Shown: one piece after another, positions 39,435 to 50,800 of the stretch
How the letters are laid out: each line of letters opens with the position of its first letter
Numbering within the stretch: position 1 is the stretch's first letter
Source: Nemertoderma westbladi
Taxonomy: Eukaryota > Animalia > Xenacoelomorpha
Assembly: GCA_032718475.1 (NCBI GenBank)
Contig: JAUCBJ010005012.1
Location: 1-62,763 of the forward strand
Direction: 5' to 3'
Length of the DNA stretch: 62,763 bases
Position numbers and translations under genes: made by a program
The notes under the pieces: generated by a model
Told to the model about the DNA's origin: nothing
What the model saw: only the letters and a program-made list of their open reading frames with translations
The model's database searches: none

Positions 39435-39687
39435 TTATTGCCTACTGAGCAATAAAGAAACTAAAATTTATTAATTTTCTCACCAGAACATTAGACAAAA
39501 TCTATTTATTGCCTACTGCGCAATAAAGAATCTAAAATCTATTAATGTTCTCACCAGAACGTTAGACAAAATATATTTATTGCCTACTGCGCAATAAAGA
39601 ACAAAATCTATTAATGTTCTACCAGAACATTAGACAAAATCTAATTATTGCCTACTGCGCAATAAAGAATGAAAATCTATTAATGTT
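39435..39687. repeat. ~68-71-bp tandem repeat (about 3.5 units) at the 5' LTR/PBS junction
   Basis: Unit ATTGCCTACTGCGCAATAAAGAA..AAAATCTATTAATGTTCTCACCAGAAC.TTAGACAAAAT. Confidence 0.85.
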
Positions 39688-40828
39688 TGCGCTTTCAGAC
39701 CTTTAGCAGGTTAACCTGCCAATTTTAAATGTCCTTTTGATTATGAATCGACTTTAGCCCTTACCAATTACCTGGTGTACTGAAGTTACATCTGCCGAAG
39801 CCAGTCCGTGCGCGGCGTATGACCCACGGTGTGGGAGACTGGATTCGGGTTCCTTAGGAAGTATTGCGGTGTAAGCTACTTTGTATTATTCAATTGATCG
39901 CTACTATATAATCTCTGACAACTATATTTACTTTCGGGGAAATATTAACAGTTCCTTTAAGACGTGGCGCTTTAAGTATAAAAACAGAGTTATGACTTAT
40001 ACTAATCACAACTAGATGGCCACAGAGTTTCGTAAATGGCGCATTCTTTAGGAGATGCTTTATTAACCTTCACACTACTTCACACAACTTCACACTACTT
40101 TACACTACTTCACACTAATTTGCTGACCGTCACTGAATTTGATCATATATAAGGAGAATTGCAACTGACACACGTAGGGATCATGAAATAGCATTTAATT
40201 CACACAAAACCACTATAATTTAAGTTGCAGTTGCTACCGGTAGACTCTTTCTCTGCTTACCTCAGTAATCAATAAGATTGAGGGGTTTTATGATTATTTA
40301 TCAGTATTCTCCAAATATAACATCCAATAATATAGACAACATTTAACACAATATAAGACAGCATTAAAACAGTGCAAGTGAACAGTCAGTATGTGTTCAG
40401 TCATATGAGTTGATGTGTGTCCAGAGAGTCCGGATAGTCAGTGGTCCAGGGTGTCCAGAGAGAGGTGTTTCCAGGATAATAGATTTACGTTCTTATAACT
40501 AAGGCCATCAGATATTTTTGTGCCAAAGTCTGAAAAGACCGTACTTGGTACAGAATTCTGAGATGAATCTAATTCTCAGAAAAATAATAACCATAATGCA
40601 TTGCGCTAGTTTCTCAGGTAGGTCTCTGTTGGCCTAACAGCGAAGATTGCTCTGATTGGCTTAAAGCCTGAACAAAGAAACCTCCACGTACACAAAGAAT
40701 CAGCTGACAGATTTCGTCATCTTGGTTCTAATTTCTTTCCGACGCGTAGTTGAACAAATTTAGGGCTATTTTAGAGTATTCTGTGCATTGCGTGAAAATG
40801 ACTTGTTATGTCCACAAAAGCTTTTACA
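39684..40828 (-). repeat. 5' LTR of the large BEL element (~1145 bp)
   Basis: Minus strand reads TGTAAAAGCTTTTGTGG...GAAAGCGCAAACA; homologous to 11838-12648 and 1167-2371. Confidence 0.85.
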
Positions 40829-42510
40829 CCCATGCTCAAGCATACTAACCTTTGAGCTTATGCTCATCCAGTCAGTGACTTGCAGGGGACTTTCAAAGTT
40901 AACTGTCAAAATTTTGGTCTTTCTGGAGTTAATAAAAAGACCAACAAGTAACACTTCAAATAACACTTCAAATGGTTATGTGTCACAGTCAACAGTAGAC
41001 ACAAATGTTGTCGAACCATCGTATTCTGATCTGATTGCTGCAATAATTTCATCAGGAATCCCATATAATGAAAGTATGCTGAACATACGTGAGCGAGAGA
41101 CTGAATCAAAGGCCTTGAAGAAGTTATCAAAGATAACAGCCAGATGCCTGTATTTCTTTTTTGATAACTCTTCAATTATCCTTCTAAGTGCCAAAATGAG
41201 CTCCATGGTCCTACGACCTTTACGGAACCCATTCTGAATTCCACGTAGCAGTCTCTCCATGGGATCCCTGGTGCGATTTAATAGAATTCTATTGTATAGC
41301 TTTGCAGCAATCAAGATCAATGAGATTCCCCAAAAAGAACCCTAGAGTGTCAGGTTGCCCTTCTTGGAAACTGCGCCAACTTATTTGTTTTAATTTCTTG
41401 TGGGACTCTTGTTGTTCGGTACATGTCTACTATGATGGGATAGTTGAGCTTTAAACACTCAGGTATTTTAAAGACCTCAGGGGGAACACCATCTACTCCA
41501 CTGGCACGATTGGTCTTAATGCTCTTTGCAGCAGCCTTCACTTCTGCAAAGGAGATATCACCAATGGGAATATCTGGGAGTACAGACTCAGACACTTTTA
41601 CTTCTATAAAGTTATCAGGCAATACCCTGTCATCATTGAGGAGCTATTCAAAGCGATCGGCTGGTGATTCAGCCTTAACCTTGGTGGTTGGTTGGCTTTT
41701 CCGCCCAGTAAGCAAGTTGATCGATTTCCATGCCTGGGGGGATTGCCTGCTGTCGTCAGCATCATTGATGGCATCAACCTGTTGGTTTATTAGCACCTGT
41801 AGATTAACAGAGTACTGCCTGTTCAGGGACCTAGATGCAGCCTTAACTGCATTATTGGCCGCTGCAGTCTGTTTGAGTCGGGACTCTTTCTGCGCCTTAT
41901 AGAGGTCATTTTGGCACTTCTGAATTTTGTTGTCAGTCCAGGGGGCCCTTTTCCTGTTTCGAGGACAGGAACTGTTTCTGCAAGCTGCTAACTTAACTGC
42001 TTCTGTGAAGGCAGTATAGCCCTCGCAGTGATCTGCCACCTCAGAGGCAAGAACCTCATACCTGTTGCTCAGCTGTAGTGTGAAGTGGCTAAGTCTTACC
42101 TTGGCCACAATAAGGCGATGATCACTGGTAAAGGGTCGAAGTGTAAGTATTACAGTCTTGTATAGAGCTCCCTTATTTCCTACGAAACAGAATATGTTCT
42201 ATCTGGGACTTGTGACCACTGGGTTCGCTATGAGTCCATAGCTTTCCAGTTCGCTTCTTAAATTGGGTTCCAGTCGAAAACAATCCATTTGCACTGGGTT
42301 CGCTATGAGTCCATAGCTTTCCAGTTCGCTTCTTAAATTGGGTTCCAGTCGAAAACAATCCTTTTGCAGAGATAAAATCCTGAAGATGGATGGAATTTCG
42401 GTTAACACTATTGCTATAGACCCAGTGCAATGTAGGTGATTGATGCAGACTTGCATTAAAGTCTCCCAGGAATGTTAAGAATGCATGCTGATCCACTCCA
42501 TCAGTAGCTG
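40829..42510 (-). mobile_element. RTE-like LINE, 5' part (APE remnant and RT), degenerate
   Basis: LGDFNA, SQIEHILF, SDHRLIVAK, RASGVDGVPPEVFK, KLYNRILLNR, QNGFRKGR, FFKAFDSV; internal tandem duplication at ~42216-42365. Confidence 0.85.
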
Positions 42511-42861
42511 CTTGTAGATTGTAGTATCACATAAGGTACGACGATATGTAGATGCAGATCAGGGAGAGTAGAGTTAGAAACATATTGCGTAAAGGTATCA
42601 TATGAAGGTATGGATCGAAGAGAATTAGTTAGGTATGTATGCTGTAAGGCACGTTACATATGCTAGAGTGCAATGGAGGGGATTGAGTAGATATTACATA
42701 CGCATGTGATATGGTATGTAAACATGCACTAAAGTTAGATACATATAGTTTAAGGTGAGCTATGTATGCTAGGATATGGTATGTGGAGGGAAGAGAGTAG
42801 TTAGATCCGTATTAGATAGAATACGGTATGTAGAGAGAAAGAGCATGGATACATAGTAATA

Positions 42862-43385
42862 CACGAAGTGGGGACTTCGCGCAGCACGAAGTTGGCAGAG
42901 CCTTAGCGAATTGACACTGTTAGGGGGTAGGTCAATTTATGCAAATAGTCACGTTGGCCCTCTAGCGGCAGACTGGAGAACTGCAGATGGATTCGCCTCC
43001 TTTGAAAGTCACAGCTAATGGTCTAATACATATCTGCCAAGTTTCAGCTTAAACGGATTAAAAGCAAAGAAATGGGAGGGCATTTAATGTTTAGACATGT
43101 GGCCCTCTAGCGGGAGACCATTGCACTGATGGTGTCTGAAAGTCTCTCAAAAATCTCAACTTTTGCTCATATTGATACCTACAAATTTTCAACTTGGCAG
43201 CTTTAAATCCGACAAAGTTATTAGCATGTCAAAATCGTAACGACGACGACGACGACAACAACGACGACGACGACGACGACGACGACAACGACAACGACGA
43301 TGACGACAACTATTTGCATAAATTGACCCACCCCCTAACAGTGTCAATTCGCTAAGGCTCCGCCAACTTCGTGGCTCGCCCCACA
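42862..43385. mobile_element. Non-autonomous HINE/MITE-like element with 65-bp inverted repeats and a GAC microsatellite
   Basis: IRs at 42885-42949 and 43309-43373; (GAC)n at 43240-43308; short hairpin CGAAGTGGGGACTTCG. Confidence 0.65.
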
Positions 43386-43647
43386 TAGTTATATTCTGGA
43401 ACTATAGGAAAAGTAACAAAAATTAATTCAACTAGGTAAAAAAAATAAGAATAGGTAGAAATACTGTGATATAACATAGAAATACAAGTTTTAGCCGGTA
43501 TAATAACAGCAAGTTAGCTAAGCCATTTAGTGTATACTGTGGCAAGGTGGCCATTGATTATCTTGCATCCTTAGAATTCTTATTTAAAACTCGATATTAA
43601 AATATGTGAAATACACATAACATAGAAACATACTTACAGAACAAAGA

Positions 43648-45580
43648 ATGCACAAAAGGTCGAGGGAGGGAAACTGCCCAGGCTCAAGGCACTTACGGGA
43701 AAGGGAGTTTACCCAGGTATTGATGGTGGAATGGAAGATCAAAGCGATTAGAAAGCAGAAGAACATTGAGAAGTCGGAATCTTTGCTTATCGACAGTACG
43801 GTGAGGCATCCCGAGGGAGATCATGAGAGCATACTACCAAACAGCTACCGATAATCCCATGCGAAAACAACAGGACTACTTCCGAAGACGCACACAGGAA
43901 GATCTATTAGTCAGAACATATGGAATGACAGATCTGGACAAGGCGGTGGCTAGAGATCTCCATTATGTCAGGAAGGGTGATGAGAGGATGTTCGGGATCC
44001 CAAAGGGAGGTACGGATGTCCCAAAGGGAGCATGGAAATCCGTAACAGAATCGGTGGAGGGCATGGGATATATATTAGTGAACCTCGGGGGGATGAGGGG
44101 TGATGGGAAGGAAAGCATTTCACATGCATATTGCGTGTCCAAATAGGAAGATCTTCCTCTTCGATTTGGGAACGTATGACCGATCAGCCGATAAATTGAT
44201 CGATAGATTACCAGAGGCTGTTTAAAGAATCATTAAAGATGAGGAGATGATCAAGTATGGATCGGTCATAGCGACGGACATGTGGGCTATGAGACTACCA
44301 GCGGTGAATCTCCTAGACTCACAGGCTCTATATATGGCGACAAAGGGCCCTCAAGGCTTAGGATTAATCGAAGCCAGTGAGACTTGTGGAGTGGCAGTTA
44401 TAGGGAACCTGCACGGGTTGATAACCCATAAACCCATCAACAAGGACAAGTACAGAAAGGAGTTCGGGAGAGAACTCCCATCGACGATAAAGTGGGATGC
44501 GAGACCGAAGCAGGTGAGTCTATATATATTCTGGGAGGGGATCTGTAGACCAGATCAATGTAGATACATGCTACAGGAGGATTGGTGGCTGCTAGGACAT
44601 ATCAACCTATTCATCACCATCGTTCTGGGTATGGTGCTCAAGGCCTTCCACATGAGTGGAGTGGTCTTCCGAAAGAAGCACATTGTCTACAAGGTAGTTG
44701 AGGGGCTCCACAACTATCAAGGTCGAAAGGGGGAGGAGGTGTTCTACGACCTGGAACATCTGCTATTGGACAGTGGGGTCGACAACCTGAATGCCAGGTG
44801 GCAGAAAGATGATGTGGTGTATATCCAGAATAAGGCGGAGGATGACTCGGATATAACGAGGATTAGGGCCATGTGATATCGGGAGGATGACAAAGAGGAT
44901 CAGGATATGGACATGTTTATGTTCTATCCATGTAGCGACACAGAAGATGGATATCATCATCTAACTCGGGGTGTCGTGATAGAATCACTGAAAGGTGAGG
45001 ATGCGGGCAGTCGACTCCATATTCTAATCTCCCGAGGTTATAGGAGATGAAGGAGTATACAAGGCTGGAATAGACAGAAACTGCAAGTCATCCATTCAGT
45101 GGGACACAGGACGTTGCGATGGTCGGTATATCAGATATGGGTGCTCGCATGTGTTGGGATTCGTCCCAATACCAACCAAGATGACCCAGATTGAGGGATT
45201 ATGACTCACCTGCATCCACGAGCCAATTGCGACCAGAGGAAACTCTGACAACGCAACTGATGGAGAGAGTTATGGAAGAAAACATCACGATATATCAACA
45301 TTTTAACCGACCCGTGAGACGATAGGAAGATGGGGTGGACGAGTTCAGACAAAAGCTTTTTTTGAAGGATGCGACTACTGTGGTAGATGGATGCACAAGC
45401 GGTGGGATGATGTGCGATAGAATTAAGGTCAAGGACATGCACTGGGGTTTCTTCAATCTCAGTAGGGAGATCCTAACCTCGATATATGCAAGGAGCCTAC
45501 CCTTCAACTGTCGGGGACTAACAGCGGTGGCCGGAGGAGGGAGAGTTCTCCATCTACAGGGGATCCTGAATGGATGAAGT
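43648..45580 (+). pseudogene. Divergent homolog of ORF3 (exonuclease-like domain), fragmented
   Basis: RTYGMTDL..GAWKSVTESVEGMGYILVN aligns with QRYGDAD..KEWNETLNVIEMYGVVTYD; MIKYGSVIATD..LLDSQAL aligns with ILKIGSAVYGD..FVDTQLI. Confidence 0.55.
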
Positions 45581-45941
45581 CTGGAGAACAGATGGGAACT
45601 CCAGAAGTTCCTTCAGGAACATCTGGCAGGAGAAATGAAAGATACGATGAGTAGGATAGGTACAGGCTCATGCGGAGGACATAAACAAGGCCCGTCGGCC
45701 AAACGGATATGCGGGGCATATGATTTGGGGGAGAGGAAGGCTCTACACAGCCTTATGATATCGTTTGACGTGGATATCATAAGGGGGGATCGATAGATCC
45801 AGAGGTACAGACTGGCAGTCTGGTACCTAAAAGATAACCCACCCCAGTTGTAATTCATAAAATATAAGAAAACCCATGATTGCTTTGAACACGTGCTATA
45901 CTACCCAATTAAGTAAGGTGAACAATCTCACCATTAAACCG

Positions 45942-46293
45942 CACGGGGAGCTTAAGTGCAATATACTCTGTAGGTAATAATGTATAACATACCATGTAAC
46001 TACAGAGAAGGTCAGGTTTGGTAGCTGTACATTAATCAGCTGACACAAACGCTGAGCCAATCAGAGCCTGGGTTGGAAAGGCCGGTAATGTGGATATTGA
46101 GTATAGCTATATTATATGTTGCAACCTCATTAGTTTAGTTGTGTGCGAGCATTTAGATAGGGCGTAGTAGTGAACTTGTTTCTACTGGTCGGTCAGTTAA
46201 CAGCCATTATTAAGAGAATCAATTAGTACAGTTATTATCCGACATCAGTACAATATTCACTTATGTTTGACAGTCTATTGTAACCAACGAACA
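45942..46293 (+). repeat. LTR copy (3' LTR or solo) matching 4098-4448
   Basis: Colinear with high identity; homology stops exactly at ...CCAACGAACA. Confidence 0.7.
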
Positions 46294-47895
46294 ATATACA
46301 TATCAAAGTCTACAGAAACATCAAGTCTTTCATTAACTGTATGAACCATCCATATCTGACTGCTGGCCGCGTAGTCGCGCAAGCTCACACTTACGGTAGG
46401 GCGCGCAATCACACAACTCTGTACCGTAACAGTCTTTGATGTGATGAATGTTTTACTGTCAGGCCTACATCACATCAGTGTGACCGTAGAATGTGGAACA
46501 ATTATACCGAAAAAAAAACTGTTACTTTATTTCACGCGGTGATATATAGAACCCCGCCGTAATCCATCATTGAGTTTACTTTATTTCACTTTCACTGCGT
46601 ATTTCACGCCGACTTAAAAATAAAATATATATTTTACTGTATTAAAGTAATATTTTATAGATGTAGACTTTTGGGCAACAGCAATGTTAGAGTCACGGCG
46701 AAGATAATCACGACTTTCAGACCTGCTAATCTCCGACCCCTTACCTTTATGGTGGACAAAATACATCCAATATTTTTCAAATTTGTGGCAAAACGTAGGC
46801 CTACATATTTATTGGTTCACGATCCTATGACATAAATGACGGATTATTACTGTACTGTGGTTGTGTGTGTGTCCAGACGATATCTCGTTATTAAGAATCA
46901 ATTGAAACGAAATTTGAACAAGCGTTACATGTCAAGGCATGGCGACGGGTCATACAGGATATTGGGTGTCGAGGTGATATTTGTGCAATGCGAGTGCTAT
47001 ATTTGCAGTATTTTCGCACGGTTTAGGAAAAACCTATCAATGGGAACACAATTAATATTTCTGATATATGGCGTGCAGGTACCTGAATTTACCTGGATTT
47101 GATTAACGAAGGCCTATTTTTATATGGTGACCTATTTGGACACACATGGTGACCTAATTGAAGATTATATAGGGTAATCAATTTGCATTAAAAATTTAAC
47201 ATAATTTTTCTCAGTTTGACGATTTCGCATAGGGGTGGGGTCTTTCGACACAATCAAAATTCATCCCTCTCCAGGAGAAAATCGACGCAAATAACAGCTG
47301 ATTACTCCTAAAAATATAAATGTTACCTGTTCGATGGACTTTCGTTTATTGTTTTGGTTAGCATAACGTGCCACAGTAACCTGCCCCTTTCAATAAATTG
47401 GTATTTTAACACTAACATTGAGATTAAATATGAATTCGCCGAGACGTGATTTCCCTGTCTCCCCTTGGCCCTTTATTCTAACCAAAACAATAAACGAAAT
47501 TAAATATAACAGGTTAGAGTTATGGTTGGCACTCCGTGGAATGTGCCTTTATTCCTAATGTATTTCAGGTCTGCAGTACAGTAGATCTAGGCCTACTTAC
47601 TGTATGTGTGTGTAGGTCTTATTTTAATCAATAATAATCTTTAACTTTGAACTTTACTGTTTACAATGTCGAATAATCATGTTATCTATATACAATAGAA
47701 GTGTGGCCCATCCCAATAAATGCAGGTTGTATGTAACATAAAATTTTTTCCGAGATTTGATAAAATCTTAGTCAATTACCCAATAAATAACATGGCGCCA
47801 ATTACTATCATTGCATAATAAATGTCGCAGTATTATAACTAAACATTTTTATATTGTTAGAATCTCTAGTAACTATTTTATTTAGTAATGTTAAG

Positions 47896-50800
47896 ATGTA
47901 TATAGGTTTATTTATTATTGCAGTAATAATAAATTACATAAAGGTTGGAGAAGGGACATACTGCAACGGAGATGACTGTCTTACAGATCACGGTATGTAC
48001 TGTAATGATAGACTATATACTACTGATGTATGTACAGTAGGTGTATAGCTGTATTGTGTTGTTAATAATAATTGTATTATTAAATCGCTGCAAAACACTT
48101 ATTTCACCTCCAAAAGGGCGCTGTTTTATTATTTAGAGGGTGTAATAACACCCTCGGCCTCAACTCCAATTCATTTATTAGAGGGTGTAATAATAGGAGG
48201 GAATTTACAATACACAATTATAATTTATAATGCAGAATAATATATAAATATAATAGCTAATAGCTAAAAGATAAATAATTTATCTTTTAGATTGGAAGAA
48301 GCTGGGATGGGAGTGGCAGATTTTACGTACACGTTCTGATTGGTTGGAAAACATAGACGATGTGGCCTTAAGAAAAAGTTTGTATAAACTGCACAATGAT
48401 AAAGCTACATCCGGGACGCTTAGCACAGGAGATGCAGTTAACGCTCACATATCAGTAAGTACATACTGAAAGTTAAAAATGCATAGACCATAAGCCACTA
48501 AACAAAAATAAAAATAGATTAAAAATACATTCTCCTTTTGGCAGACCCCCACCAAATACGGGTTAGTTGGTTAGCTCAGTAGGTTGAGCGTCGGCCTGCA
48601 ACCTGTTACTTGCAGGTTCGAGCCCCACAAGGGTCCACTCAGGGATCCCTTGAGGACCAATTGAATTATTGGATCATTTATATTTTTTCCATCCAAATCA
48701 TTCCATCAGCGCTTTTATTACAGTTTATTAAGTATATAGTATTTGCACTTTTCACGCGTTAAATCTAATTAAAGTAATTATTTCTTTTGCAGGAAATTTT
48801 GGATAAAATGAATAAGATCTGGGCGGTTGATGTTGAAGTGAACCCGTCGCTAAAAGACAACAGCCAAACCTGGATAACCAATCAAATAATTGTTGCTATG
48901 CGACCAGACCCGGTCCTTGAGTCGGTAGCGTTGAATCTCTACGATGCCCACCCTACCATCTCTTCCCTCGTTCTGATAGACCCGCAGGACGGAAATCCGG
49001 ACTACCTTGTCCGTCGGGGGGGTATCATCGGACCCGAGACGCGAATCGTCCTTATCGGATTCGCCAACGGAACTTCTACCGAACCCAACATGGAGAATCT
49101 ACAACCGAAGGAGTTAGCGAAGCGATTAATCAACGTATTGAACCTGGGTGACGATGAATCTAACGAGATATCATTCGGTGTATTAGATGTTGTTGGTTGT
49201 CACATCAACGCGTCTATGCGTTTCCTTGACGACGTCTTTATCAAGGAATTTATCACTATTTTAAAGGATTTAGGCGCGACCTTCTCCAAAGTTACCGTGG
49301 CGACAGGATTCGCGGGGTTCACCTTAGGAGAAATTACAACGAATAGTTCGATAACCGCAACAGCAGTGAATTGGTACTCAAACGACGTTCCTCCTATTAA
49401 ATATTTCCAAATAAACGATGATGGCGGCATATCAACAGGGGAAGAATATTTTGTAACCTCGTTTCCTTTCTTTCCGGTTGATACTCACTCTGGAATAAAC
49501 CTGGCAGACGCCACTACGATAGACGATATAGAAGAATTATACATAACGGAAAGTTCTAATGAACGAATGGAAGGAGTTTATACAGTAACTAGGGACCACT
49601 TTATAGACTTGTTGGATACCGTCACTTCGAACGCTTTTCATAAAACGCGAAGTTATTTTAATGAAAAACAAATGGCTGGATTCGCCCCTATTCACGCAGG
49701 GTTAACTAATCAGGAATTCAGCGGTTCTAATGATAAATTAATTGTGAACTTTTTCGATGAGGCATTGACTCGACGCTATGTGTATGTTTGGAATCCTTCA
49801 GATGTGACTTACTCCATAGAAGTGGCTAGTTTTAGAACTATTGATTCCATACAGGATCTAGTTTCTGATATAAACACGATCGCCGTTAACTTGGAACAAT
49901 TTCATAATGAAACCTTGTTTTATCTATTCGGTGATTGGATCGTTGGTCTATCGTTCACAGCTGATGAGACTAGCGTTACTAGCGTCTCTCTACTAGCGTC
50001 GCACGTTGAAGTTTCCCCAGAACACGCAGATGAATCGCGTAATATTTCTTATTTAGATGTTGGGGAACATAATTTGTTACATTGGGACTCCGTGAGTCAC
50101 CAACCAAATCATTTCGCATACGGCCTGAAGTTGTCAACTTATCTCAGCGATAGGAAGAATTTAATCAACACTGTCGATGTTTCGTTGTCAACGTTTTGGT
50201 ATGAGTGGTCCCTAGGTGAGTGACACTTATTTTGATGGAATACTTAGCAATTCAACATTTTGACGCAATTCAAAATATCGAAATTGTAGTCATTTAAGTT
50301 AGAACATTTGTACGCCATGACGAAGAAAAGTGTTCGTATACGTAGAAATCAATTATGTATGTGCCTGCATAGGTAGTGGTGCATATCTGCTATTTACTTT
50401 CACTTTAGAACTATAGTCATATTTGTTTGATTTTGTTAGGTAACATAGCCATTTCTTTTGTTTCCTTCATTTTTGATAATAATTATCTTCTTTAAAATAA
50501 AATCAACGAATTTTACACATTCCATTGCAGATAAATTTATAATGTAATAAATAAATCATTGGAATCTCTATCATACAGGATGAAACACTTTTATTACAAT
50601 TCTAATTTGAATCACTTCATGTATTTAGTGTTTAAAAGGGGTCAGACTTCCGGATTTCTAGGATCGGGAAAGGGATTGAAACTCTTGGGATCCCGATTCC
50701 ATAATGCTAAAACGATGTTTTCAGCCAATTATTTTGTTTATTAGGTAACAATGAGAAAGTCAAAGATGCTAACGTTGCCTCGGCTATCATGGCCATCGAA

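Larger units (their letters stand above)
11838..40828 (-). mobile_element. Large BEL/Pao LTR retrotransposon (degenerate gag-pol plus extra ORF3) with three nested insertions
   Basis: LTRs at 39684-40828 and 11838-12648; PPT at 12649-12656. The flanks rejoin the RTE reading frame (LEH-GDNFCYLGSW). The TSD is only partly preserved (CCC). Confidence 0.85.
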
